The notes under the pieces were generated by a model, which saw only the letters and a list, made by a program, of their open reading frames with translations, ran no database searches and was not told the DNA's origin. A stretch of DNA of 64,000 nt. Origin: Oculina patagonica. Taxonomy: Eukaryota. A program made the position numbers and the translations under genes. Position 1 is the stretch's first letter, and each line of letters opens with the position of its first letter. The stretch lies in contig NC_135764.1 in NCBI RefSeq assembly GCF_052425735.1, positions 6,820,001-6,884,000 of the forward strand. The letters run 5' to 3'. Of this stretch, positions 12,582 through 24,931 are shown one piece after another.

Positions 12582-13820
12582 ATGTCCTCATCGTCACCGG
12601 TAGCTGAGAACTGGTGTTATACTCAGATCAAAGTCATCAAGTTCTCCTACATGTGGACGATAAATAACTTCAGCTTCTGCCGTGAAGAGATGGGGGAAAC
12701 ATTGAAGAGTTCTACATTCTCAGCTGGAGCTAATGATAAAATGAAGTGGTAGGAAATTTGTTAACGTTTATTAGACTATTACAGTCAATACCATTACACA
12801 TAAGAACATGAAGTGATTTCTGTGGGAGACATGATGGCCTTATGCTGGATTCTGGAATGAGAGGTCTGGGTTTAAAGAATAAAACCCTGTTGGTGTCATT
12901 GTTTTGATGTGTTCTTGGGCAAGGCACTTTTCTCTCACAGTGCCTCATTTTAACCAGAAGGGGTAAATGGGTACCGTCAAACTAGTGCTCAAAAAAAAGA
13001 GGCATCTGGTCGTCCAAAATAATGTACAGTCATGTATTTTGTTTTTCCTGTTGGACAAGCAAATTTTCATGCTTACTTGTCCAACAGGCAAGGGCCCAAG
13101 AAAGTTGCTGACAAGTTTAATCATAAAAAAAGTACAGTCATGTAAGCTTGTACAGTAATTGCCCTGGTAAGCAAGGTTTGACAGTTGCTTTTCTGAAGGG
13201 CAAGCTGGAATTGAAGTTTTTTTCAAGCCCTACAAACTGTTATGGCAGCCTTGCCCAGGGGAAGTAAATTTTACTCTTGGGTATTAATGGAAAATGAAAG
13301 TTTGGTGTTTGGTGGGCAAGTGAAATTAACCCCAGTAGTCTTGTGAGTCTGAGTGATGGCAAGAAATATTATAGTGGGGGCAATTAAAACAGGGACGGCG
13401 GGGGGGGGGCCCCAGAATTTCCAAAAAAATAGAGACTTACTAAGAGAAGAGTCAGCCCCCCCCCCCCCCCACTCAAGTCACTAGTCAGACAGCCCCCCAC
13501 TTGGAAAAATGCTCCGCCGTCCCTGTAAAAACTGTAATTTACCTCCCACCAGGCAAGTTTATTTCAATTTTTTTAACATGTAAGTGCACAGTTCTTTAGT
13601 TCACAAGTCATGGTGTGCATTGCTGACAGTATTATTTGATTTCACCATTATTTAGGTGTTTAAGAGTAAACCCAAGAGGCTTAGATGAAGAAAGCAAGGA
13701 TTATCTATCATTATACCTCTTATTACTGGCTTGTAACAAGAGTGAAGTCAGAGCAAAATTCAAATTTTCCATTCTCAATGCCAACAGAGAAGAAACGAAG
13801 GCTATGGGTATGTACAGTAC

Positions 13821-13872
<52 letters not shown>

Positions 13873-13985
13873 TTTTTTATTATTATTTTTTAAAAATTTC
13901 ACATAATCATTGAAAAATGTACACACATCAATAAAAAAGATACAGAATTGAAAATCAGCTGTAAAAAAGTTAATAAAATGTCTTT

Positions 13986-14027
<42 letters not shown>

Positions 14028-17017
14028 GATTTATATAGCACCGTATCCATGGCTCATGGCTCTTTACAGTAATATCACTGATACATATATAGACAATTCA
14101 CTTGTACTAAACTTGAAATGCTATAGAAAAATAGGTAAGTAAACTTTATTTATGTGTCAAATCATCTTGTGTATGGGAAATCCTATGTTAACTGGGGGAC
14201 ACCAAGTATTAACTAAGACTACAAAATATCAATTTGATATGCCTTTATTACCAATTCCTTAAGTTTTAAATAAAAATAATAATCTGTACATCATGTTTGA
14301 AGGTGACATACTGCAGTGCAATGAAAGGGTGATATAATGCAACCAAAGAATAACCTGAATAATAATCTGTTATTGTTGTAGCTGTGGGTAAATACCATGA
14401 AACACTTGGGATATAATTTGTACATAATTGTACAATAATGTTTATTGAGAATGTCAGCTGTTTATCTACAGCTGATGCATGCATGTACCAGTACATGTAC
14501 ATGTATGTAATGTAACTGAATATTAGTACAAAAATGTAAATATGATAAGTTAACTGTGTAACATCTTTACATCTGTACACATGTACATTAAAATATAAAT
14601 GGTTTTAGCTGCAGGATTTTTATGAGACCTTTTGCAGTTGAATTTATATTATTGCTCTGTTAATTTTTGTGCATAGAGAGCCAAAGAGCTTATAGATTTG
14701 TCCAAGGTAAAGACTGGGGTTTTAAAAAGTTCATAAGAAGAGACTTTCTAATGGATGAAGCTAATGGATTATTACCCAATGATACACTTACATTGTTCTG
14801 TGAGGTGAGTTCCACATGTTATAAATCTATAGAACTTTATGTTGCTTGTGGTCATCACTAAGGAATTAGAAATTCACAATCATTTACCTGGAGCTTCAGC
14901 TTGGGGGAGAAGACTGACACTGATTGAAGTTTCAGTATAATCACAAATGAAAATTATCCTTGCACATTATTCGACTGTGATGCTACTGTATTTGGCCATA
15001 CAAGGTCAAGAGAACACTCACAATATAAGACTATTAATTACACTTCTATTAGTATCATAGTTTGACCAGTTTAGAACAGAGTGGATACAAATAGATTTTT
15101 TATTGATAGGGATGATAGTTAGATCTAATGAAAAATGACCAAATTTTTGAACAAAAAAGAGATGCTAGAATACAAGAAAATAAACAGCCAGGCTAATAGT
15201 AAATCCCTTATTCAGCAGTCTGACACGTGATATGTTTTTTCTGTTTTTCACCAGTTTGATTTTTATTTCCCGTCAGATTGAGAACAAAGACATGAAAAAC
15301 AAAATCAAACTGGTTAAAAAAATTTAAACTAAATGTAAATTAAACCACAACATGTGCATGACATTTAACCTGTACTAGTTTCTTGCTGGCTGGAAAAAAT
15401 ACTATGCAAGGGATCCACGCACATTACATGTACACGCATCTGTCAAAACAATCCATAAGGTTTACATGGCGATGTACAGTACATGTATGTATATACATGT
15501 AACTATATAAACTATTGATACATTCTTCTATCAATAAAAAATAATAGTAATTGTTTTCAGCTATGTTACAGTCACATTATTAAAAGCTGATTTAGTCCGA
15601 CTGCGAGACTGGGTGTCGTGTTGACGTTACGTGCACCGTGACAGCAACATGAGTGAGTCCGCCAACGCGCCGGCGTGAGCTGAAACGGGAAAGCGCGGCC
15701 ACGTGCGAAGGATCTGGCGAGAAGAAACAGGAGGCACGGTGCTTGGTGAGGCCACTACAGCAGCCGAGGCGCAGTACGGACTGTAATTCATCTTTAACTG
15801 TTTACCTGGTAACCACATACATGAGCAGTTGCATGAAGAGTGTTTTTGGGGCAAGTTACTAACAAATGCTGTGTTTTCAGGTCAGTGTAGAAGGTGATTC
15901 AGTTAATGTATCAGGTTCGACTCATACTGCGGCACTCAAAGTCCCAGAGTGTAAGCTACCTAGACACATGGGAACACTTTTAGACAATGGCACATTCAGT
16001 GATGTCACACTGTGTACTAGGGGCAGAGAATTTAAGGCACACAAAGCAATATTGGCTGCACGCTCCCCAGTATTTGGGGCCATGTTTGAACATGAAATGG
16101 AGGAGAGTAGAAAAGGACGTGTGGAGATTAGCGACATAGATCCTGATGTGTTTCACGAGATGTTAAAGTTTGTTTACACTGGTAGCACATCACAGCTTCA
16201 GGGGATGGCAGATGATCTTTTAGCTGCAGCAGACAAGGTAATATAATGCTTTATGAACATGTACTTGTAGATTGTAGAATTTAATAGGCCTTGTGTTCCT
16301 GAACGTCTCCCTCCCTTGGGGAATATCCCTCATGCCTCCCTTTTTATTGACCTTTCTGGATTTGATCCCTGGGGCGGGGTCATTGCATTATGTTTCTGGG
16401 TTCAAAAATACTATTTTTCACTGTCACAGTGCCTCTCTCCACTCAGGTATAGAAAATTGTCCCCATCGAAATACATTAGGGGGAACCCGGAAAAATTAGG
16501 ATTGGGAAAAAAAAAAAAATGTAGATTTAGTGGGGAATTTGTTCTCATTTTTCTCAGAAACAAAGTGCTAACCAGCCAAAAAAATTACAAGGAATTGTTT
16601 TACTACTAAATTAAAAGGCACATGCAAAAATTTAAGCATTTTTGAAGGAAAAAAATTTCACCCCCAAAAAGTCACTAAGAATAGTTTTGCACCAAGCTAT
16701 TACAATTAGTGCATTGGACATGCCATCCAGGTGGAGAGTGATACATGTACATTGTAGCCACTTTATGCTACGCAAACTGGAGATAGCATGTAAGGGCTGG
16801 CCTAAGAACTACTAGGCTTGAACACAGACTTTTGAATCCTCTTTCCCTCATATCTCCTGTCTGTGGCAGGGTGAGACACTTTCTCACTGGTTTACTGCAG
16901 TGGTCAGATTTTCTAGCCAAGTTTTTTCATTAGTCAGGTTTGATTTCACAAGAAGTTGCCGGTTCACAGCTTTGGCAGAGGAATGCAAACCTGGTAGCCA
17001 AAACCTTTTAGTAGCCT

Positions 17018-17050
<33 letters not shown>

Positions 17051-18483
17051 TATGGGAGCACTTTGTTGCTGACAGCATCATTCCTTGGGGAGTATCCATC
17101 ATGCCTACCTCCCTCAGGAAGTATCCCTCCACCTATCTTTCCTCCCATGTGGATTGTTCATTATTTTCAGTAATTTTTCTCTATCTATATCGTTCTCTTT
17201 TTTTTTTGCAGTATGACCTTGATAGACTAAAAGTTATGTGTGAAGAAGCATTATGTTCAAATCTAACAGTAGACAACGTGTGTGACATACTTATATTAGC
17301 GGACATGCACAGCGCAACACAACTCAAGGCACAAGCTCTTGACTTCATCAAAAGGTGATTAAAGCTAACATATAAATGTACATGTATTCCCTGTTACAGT
17401 GTAGTCATTACTGAGACTAAACCTCGAGTTGTGAAATTGATTATAACATAATGTTGTAGAGGCAGAGATGAGTAAAAATGACCCGCGTATAAGAACCTAG
17501 GTTTTTCAAGTTAGCCTAAACAGGTTCTTATATAAATGGTATTTAGTGTAAAATTAGGCTAACTAGGTTCTTAATTAGGTTCTTAACTTTTGTTCAAGAA
17601 ATAATAATAATATAATAATTATGTTCAAGGAGGACAAGTTTTATGTAAAGTGCTGTAACTATAATGTGTACATACTGTGTTATAAATATATTTTTGAGAA
17701 GATTTTTTAATTCTATATTTTTGAGAACATTATTTTTTTCCTTTGATTTTTGAAAATAAGAACCTGTTTAAAAATTTTAGCCTAAAATGGTTCTTATGTG
17801 AAGGGTGCGTAAAAATGAAATTTTAGCCTAACAGGTTCTTAAATGTTAGGTTCTTATACGCGGGTTTTTACTGTAGCATCAATTATTTTCTTTAGAGAAC
17901 CCATTGTTGTCTATCTGCAAAGAAAATGATGTTGTGCAAGTTGCTCTTCAAAGGAAAAAGGACTACTGTATTGTTTTTTGCCTCAAAAATACCTTAAGTT
18001 GTAGGAACACAGAAAGGTTTTATATGAGTCAATTTCTAAAAGAAGTACAAAACAATTTTCCATGTTTGCTCAGAGCCAAAGAAACACTAATGAAAGTTTG
18101 TGATGATGTGAAACACCTTGAAATGCTTACCCACTTGTATGGCTTGTGGGTCCCTGTACATTGTGTACATGAAGCATGTTTCATATCCTCCCAAACTTCC
18201 ACTTGCGTTTCTTTAGCTAGATACTGAGTAACATGGAAAAGGTTTTCTGTTTCTTGACTGAAAACCTGCTGTATTGCAATGTAGGTTTTGTAGCGTCCAT
18301 CCAGATTTATTCTCCCTTGACCCTTCTCACCATAGCCGTGCTACAGACGTGATGGAGTCAAATGGCTGGAAGACACTCATAAGCGACCACACGCATCTTA
18401 TAGCAGAAGTATTCAAAGCAGTCCTGGCCTCCACACAGACACCTTTGATAGGACCACCAAGAAAAAGGCAAAAGACAACGTAA
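12582..18483 (+). CDS. SPOP: Speckle-type POZ protein (MATH-BTB-BACK CUL3 adaptor), 364 aa, 6 coding exons
   Basis: Exons 12582-12748, 13656-13807, 14677-14804, 15881-16237, 17212-17354, 18336-18483 with consistent phases. Hallmarks: [73 protein letters not shown], and C-terminal [11 protein letters not shown]. Confidence 0.97.
13390..13525. mobile_element. hAT-like MITE, 5-bp TSD
   Basis: TIR CAGGGACGGCGG / CCGCCGTCCCTG; TAAAA on both flanks. Confidence 0.75.
13824..14027. repeat. Two (AAT)n microsatellites (~13824-13872 and ~13988-14027)
   Basis: Direct reading of the sequence. Confidence 0.95.
15593..15783 (+). ncRNA. Candidate structured intronic RNA element (long imperfect stem with branched apex), family unidentified
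   Basis: TAGTCCG/ACTGCG (15593-15605) pairs with CGCAGT-A-CGGACTG (15770-15783), and GCACCGTG (15633-15640) pairs with CACGGTGC (15735-15742). Inner CGCCA/TGGCG stem and CGGC-GTGA-GCTG hairpin. GC/CpG-rich within an AT-rich, CpG-poor intron. Confidence 0.45.
17470..17875. mobile_element. MITE with AAGAACCT subterminal repeats
   Basis: ACCCGCGTATAAGAACCTA / TAGGTTCTTATACGCGGGT inverted ends. Confidence 0.75.
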
Positions 18484-18936
18484 GCAGCAAAGAAAATATG
18501 TATATTATATATTTAGGATAACAATAATTATAAAAAATAATATTATTGGAACAATCAGTTTTCTTTTTCTTTGACTATTCCAAGACTCTATGGCAAAAGA
18601 TGTTTTCCTTGGATGATTAGGCCTTTATGTCTTTATTCATCTTCCCTCTTTTTTTTCTTTCCTATGTTGTTTTCTGAGAAATTATTTTCCTTCATCCTAC
18701 TCGTACCACTAAACTAGTCTCCACATCCAACATTTAATGTTCTGTGTTTCTCTTATATTGTTGCATGTAATTATTATTAATACATTTTCAGTTTCATGCC
18801 TGTACAGTAACTGTACATGTACATTCCACAAAATTATTTTGATTTTTTTCGCTTTTAACTGTTCTCAGTCAGGCAAGTTGACAATTAAAGGCCTGAAAGC
18901 TAAAGAGTGTAAAGGCCATTAGCTTTTATTATGTCA

Positions 18937-19398
18937 TACAGTCGAAGCTCTTTAACGGACACTCCCGTAAGCGGACAGCTCACTTACGGCCGCCTTGTTT
19001 GAAACCCCGTTTACGCTCCCATACAAACTCTGTATTTTTACATTCTCGTAAGCTGACATTCCCGAAGCAGCCGCGGACACTCAGAGATACGACTAGACCT
19101 TTGTCTAGAGCTACCGTAGCGGACACCCCAAAGAAAATCCTGTTAACAACCCGTACCTTGTTTTCAATCTACTTCACACGCCGTCGCAAAAGAACAGAAA
19201 CAGAACCATATTCAGTGTTTGTTTGTCAAATCCACGTCCGGTACATTCGAAACACCACTACATGCATATTAGCATTATGTTAGCTGGGCAGCTCCCGAAG
19301 CGGCCACAATCCCCACACCCAGTGGCCACACGAGAACCACCGAGCGGCCAGCCCAGGCGGACACCGCGCCCGAGGGGCGTAGGAGAGCTTCGACTGTA
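18937..19398. mobile_element. Tc1/mariner-type MITE, TA TSD
   Basis: TA-CAGTCGAAGCTCT ... AGAGCTTCGACTG-TA, with GCGGACA subrepeats. Relatives at ~28499-28638 and ~34590-34672. Confidence 0.8.
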
Positions 19399-20520
19399 TG
19401 TCATATGACATTCCCCACATTTGTGCTATGTTCCATGTAGCCTCTAGGGGGGAGGTGGGGATAAACTTACTCATACATTGTTCCAATCTGGGGTAACGTC
19501 TCTGAGAATTGATTAGGCCTGGGGTTTTCTGGAGTGATTTTGCTAAGATTTAACATAAAACAATCCTGATGCCAGCAAGCTGGTGAGACGTCTTTGGCCT
19601 CACAAGTTTGTGTTGTTCCTTATTAGTTATTACTTTGGTGAGAATTTGCCAAAACACCTCAATGCCTGCCTAAAGGGCTATGTTGCTTTATTGCCCTTTC
19701 AACGGTTAATATGCTAGGTAACAATTAAGTTCAAAGAGCTATCCTCATTCATGATTCTAGAAAATTGTTTTCCTTCAATTCATTTTATCGTTCTTTTATT
19801 TGCCACCTCCATTACAATTGTGGCAGTCGTTTCATTTTGCATCCTGTTTGTCTAAGCCTTCACCTTTTCCTTTCAATGTCTTTTCTGTACATTTATTCAC
19901 CATCCCTTGAAATTTAAGGTAGGAAAACTGATTGTTCCTTTCCTCGATTTCCTTTAAAAAGGTGTGAATAATTACAAGATTGTAAAAATAACTAAGCAGT
20001 TGTATCAGTTAAATGTACATTAATTTTCAATGCAAAGTAATGGAAAGTAGATCTGTAGACTTAAGTGCTGGCCTCATTATTGTAGTTAAAGTACTTGAGG
20101 ACGTTTCAAAACGACTTTCATACCCCATTCACACCAAAGTGGAGAAAAACGAACAACGTAAAACTGAATTTTCTTTTTCAGTTTTTATGCAGAAAACAAT
20201 AATTTTAAACTGTGTTTAATTTAAACACATCCATTAAGCTATAAGCATGCTTTGCTGTGAATGGGTTATTATAATGCACATGTGGTTATCGCGCAACTGT
20301 TATCGCACTGTACTGTAGTATCTGGGTGTGTGCGTGTGAGTTAACCCGTAAGAATTTTGGGCAGTACATAACAGTTACATGTAGCCTGTGAGGCCATCAT
20401 TTGTAAAATGTGGTTTTCTTGTAATCCTTAGTCATAGTGGAGTTTAACTTCTATCCAATACCAGTAGATCTGTGGATTAAAGTACAAACAAACTATTGCA
20501 TGCAATGAATTTGGGAGAGA

Positions 20521-20827
20521 CTTCGGTAATTTCTTGACATTCTCTGTCTTTGCTATTCTTTGAATGCACGATTTTGGAGTTAAAATATTAAAAATATCTT
20601 TGTTTACTGCTATAAATTTCGCTGAAATCTCAGCCTCGTCAGGCATGTTCCGCCATCTTGGATTCCAAGATGCAAGATGGCGGAATCCAAGATGGCGGAA
20701 CATGCCTGACGAGGCTGAGATTTCAGCGAAATTTATAGCAGTAAACAAAGATATTTTTAATATTTTAACTCCAAAATCGTGCGTTCAAAGAATAGCAAAG
20801 ACAGAGAATGTCAAGAAATTACTGAAG
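20521..20827. repeat. Near-perfect palindrome, 146-bp arms, 15-bp spacer
   Basis: 20521-20666 is the reverse complement of 20682-20827 with two mismatches seen. Confidence 0.95.
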
Positions 20828-21013
20828 TTTATCTAATTCTTTTATCGCTTCGACGAAAGACCTTTCTGAAGCAAAATTTGGGAGAGGATGGGACAAAATT
20901 GTCTGTAGATGGTTAGTTTAGTAGGTGGAACCTTTGTCATTGTGGTCAACTTCAAGGCCTAACTTTAGCTGCTGCTAGATAGAGGTGGCAGCTAAAATGA
21001 AGACCAATATTAT

Positions 21014-21261
21014 TTAAAGGGACTATGTCACGGAGATTTGAAGACGCGTGGAAACAATTTGAAAACGTTTGCCTAACGTTTTCAAATTGTATTCCGTTAC
21101 CACCTGCGCCATCCGCAGCCAAAAATGCTAGGTAACAGTTTCAGTGCTCTAATATAGCAATTTTTAATAAAAATGGACTATTATTTCTAGGTTTCATGCT
21201 ACACAAATATAAATTTTGGCTGTTCAAACATCTGGTAAAATCCGTGACATAGTCACTTTAA
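21014..21261. mobile_element. TTAA-flanked MITE (Kolobok/piggyBac-like)
   Basis: TTAA-AGGGACTATGTCACGG ... CCGTGACATAGTCACT-TTAA; family copies at 24504-24879 and 33933-34297. Confidence 0.8.
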
Positions 21262-24200
21262 ATTATCACAGGGAGGGGGGGGGGTAATTTGGACAAAAAC
21301 AACTGGTCTCTTGAAGAAGATGACTGTGCAATTGCTACTTCAGGTGACCGTCTAGCAGATGTTCCACGGCACTGACTGGAGTCTAGCGTGACAGTGTCAC
21401 AAGACATAAGTGTCACACAAACATTAGTATCCGTCACAAAGAATGAGACCATTTAAGGCAACGCCCAGCTTGGCATGAACTTGTCTAGTTTGTAGCCCTC
21501 TTATTGTTCTGCAAATGAAAATTTTACTGCTCCAAACTCAGCTGGTTTGAGTTTGTGAGAACAAAATTTAGGACTGTGTGATACTGTGAAGGATTTTGGG
21601 CTGGCCCAAGATTCGAGTTTTGTTATTTGACAGTTGTAGTCGCCATTTTGAATTAAATTGAACTTCGGGTCTCAAGGATTAGCTGCAGGTAAATTCACGT
21701 TCTCTTGGGAATCCACATTCTCAATGAAATAGGTAGTTTGGCTCTTGACTCTCAAGCCATTCATTCTTTAGTCTTACTAGCTTTAAGAGTTCAGACCAAC
21801 TTGGGATAGATCCTGCATGCATATAGTCTCCTAGTCATTTACATTATTTGTCAAAATCATCCGAAACGCTGCTTTGAAAGTAGCGTTGTGTGACGGGTGT
21901 AACGATTGGGTAGTAGGTATTATTTAGTGAGTGTTACATGAGTGTGTTGCAGAACGAAATGTTCTTGTCTCAACATTGAAACATTGAGAAGGTGAATATT
22001 ACATTTGGCATGTGTTTCACCGATGGTTTATGGTGGTAAAGTTATACGCATTGATGTGTACTCGCCATTTTGTAAATAGAATTCTTTTGGGTCACAGTAA
22101 CGTGACAGAGAAGATTGCGTGACGGTATTTCATAATGGGGCTTTCGTGTTTTGCATTTTAATCGATACAAATTGACAAATTATATTTTTTCATTTGAACT
22201 GTATTTCATACTGAAAGGGAACAAGAAATTTTTAAGAAACGTGTTTCTTTTTTTAATGAACTCTCATGAAAAGACCTTCAACTCCAAGAAAACAACGTAA
22301 AAAAAATTAGAATTTAGGGTTGGGGATTGAGGGTTATTAGAGGAAGCCCCATATGAACACTGTGCACGTTTTATTCGTAGCTGTAAATGTATGTATTTAA
22401 CAACGAGATGCAGTATGTTACGTAGAATTTAAACTCCTTTCGATATTTATTTTAGAATTGGAATAAAAAATACTGTGCAATTATATGATGTCTGTGTTAA
22501 AAAAGAAAGAGCATCGTAAAAGAAAGCCTTGTTTGTTTTGTTTTGTTTTTTTTTTTTTTTCAGGAAATAGATATTGTTATTTCCGGTAGTTTCTTTCTTA
22601 TTCCCTCTTTGCGGCTCGCGCATTTCTCTTCGTCGACTTAAAAATCGCATCCGGCTTTCCTCTCCGCGTTTTGTCCATATTTGTCCACCCCCTCCTTATT
22701 AGCATGCGTAGCAGCCGTTTCTTTTCTAAGTGCGCACAGCGAACGAAGGAAACTGCCCCCCCCCCCCCCCCCCCCCCCCAGGCGCGCTCGTTCGCTCGAA
22801 GTTTCCTTCGTTCGCTGCGCCCGCTTGGAAAGGCAACGGCTGCTACAGGCTAACACCCACCCCCTCCAATAATCCCATAAGCGCTTGCACGGAAATACTC
22901 TTGGCCCGGAACATCATTCATTTTCAAAGTGAGCTTTACCCAGAGCGGCCTAATCTCTTAGCCGGGAGGAGAAGGGCTTGATTGGCTAGTTTATCAGGGG
23001 TTTTATGATCAAAACAATTTACTTTTTTTGGATTTTAAAGCGGTCGCTTTGATTGGCTAGATTTAAATTCCCCTTGTTTAAATCTAGCCAATCAAATGTG
23101 TCACCAGAGCCACCTATTCCTCTTGCAAAGGCCCCGCTGGCTGAGAGGTACTGGCAGCTCCCGGGACAAGAATGGCTGCCATCCTATATCCTCACGCGTC
23201 GCGCTTGTGTTTTATTATACTCGCGCGTTGAACATGCACGCAATATAATTAACTGTCCTCCGCGTAAACCGCTTATGTTTGTATAAACAAGAAGGATCGT
23301 CTTGTAGCAAGTCGGTCTAGTCTAAAGAATGACCCGCCAGCTAAGCGAACACGGAACACGAAGGGATGGAAGCAAAGTGGCGTTTTTTTTTGTTTTTGTT
23401 TTTGTTTTTTTTTGCGCGTTCAAGATCAGTGAATAAGAGGGACCGTGAAAAAACTGTTTTAGTCGGATCGGAGTCACCCAACCTCGTTTTATTGATAAAT
23501 CCAAGATGGCGGTGTCGGAGTAGCCAAACACCAGAGAACACACTCGGGATGACGAGTTGTTCAACTGGAGATTATTTTCACAACAAAACTTTTTTTTTTT
23601 TTTTTTTGAAATTGAGGAGGCCCCTAGAAGGCAAGCTTCATTAACTTCTGTGTCCGAAGATTGCATTCTGGAGGGCTTATTTACGGCAGTTTCTCGCAAC
23701 TATAATTACATCCTTACTTTGATATTTACCTTCTTATAGGAAATCTAACGCTTCGTGAAATTAGCGCGAATTTCGAAAATTCGCGTTAATTTAAGTAGCG
23801 TTTGTTTTTGTTAATTAAGTGGAGCGTTAATTTCTATGACCTTAATATTTTGGCCCCAATTTCTCGATACAGTCTAGACGTTCTTGACTCCTAGGAAAAG
23901 GCATTATTTCATCTTGGTGGAAATCTGCCGGTATCACTGAAACTGCTAAGAACGCTTGAGGCGGTCAGATTCCTTCGCTTAACCCCCACGTTTAATAAGG
24001 ATTAAACGCCTAGTGTTGAAATAAATTGTTCCTGTTGTCTCAACAAGTTTTTTATCTTTGATCGTCGCGTTAATTTCCTTCATTTTGAAATGTTACACCC
24101 TCTTTCGCGTTAATTTCCTTTATCGGGAAGTAATTTTTCCTTCAATTCTCGTTAATTTTTAATACCTTAATTAACACAAGCGTTAATTTCCTTTAGGTAT

Positions 24201-24503
24201 ATACATTACAAATAGGAAACAATCAATAAATAAAGAACGAGCATAAACTTTGTATCTTTTTACAATTAATCCATAAAAAATCCGTCGGAAAGTCCGAAAT
24301 TTTCCGGAGTTTAATAACTTTTTGACTTGTACTCGAAATCTTTCTTTTTACTCTTTTTACTCTTATTACATCCTGACTTTGATATTTATATACATTACAA
24401 ATAAGAAACAATCAGTAAATAAAGAACGAACTTAGACTTTGTATCTTTTTACAATCAATTGATCAATGCATAATGCATTAAAAAAACGTTAAAAAGTCCA
24501 GAG

Positions 24504-24879
24504 TTAAAAGGAGCTTCGTCACAGGGATTTCGCAGATTTTTGGTCTAAACTGTTCTGAAATTAGTGATAGGCAACTTAATCTTTGAATTTCTGAAGGAAG
24601 ATATAACTTTAATATGCTGAAATCAAGTTACGGCTATAAATATCGATTTTTTAATTTGAAGACGCGCGAAAACAACTTGAAACGTTTAGCCCTAATTTGT
24701 CAAGTTGCAATCCATTTTCAGCCGAGCAATCCCCAGCCAAGGACGCTCGTTAACAGTTTCAATGTTCTAATATAGCAATTGTTAATAAAAATGAACTATT
24801 AATTTTAGCTTTCCTGCGACACAAATATAAATTTTGGCTGTTCAAAAATCTGGTAATATCCGTGACAAAGCCACTTCAA
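24504..24879. mobile_element. TTAA-flanked MITE, second copy
   Basis: Internal sequence shared with 21014-21261; inserted just downstream of the paralog A stop codon. Confidence 0.75.
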
Positions 24880-24931
24880 TAACTTTTGATCTATAAACGC
24901 AGTCTATCTTTTTACTCTGAATTGCCAATAC

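Noticed and set aside
13685-13926. Poly-Ile/poly-Asn ORFs
   Set aside because: Translations of (AAT)n microsatellites.
15627-15862. Independent small ORFs in the GC-rich SPOP intron element
   Set aside because: No homology or promoter context; open frames are expected from the GC content.
20428-20836. Mirror-image ORFs on both strands
   Set aside because: They are a by-product of the palindrome.
22756-22779. Poly-C/G runs as functional G-quadruplexes (also ~8907, ~50098)
   Set aside because: Simple homopolymers, mostly inside MITEs, with uncertain length and no supporting context.
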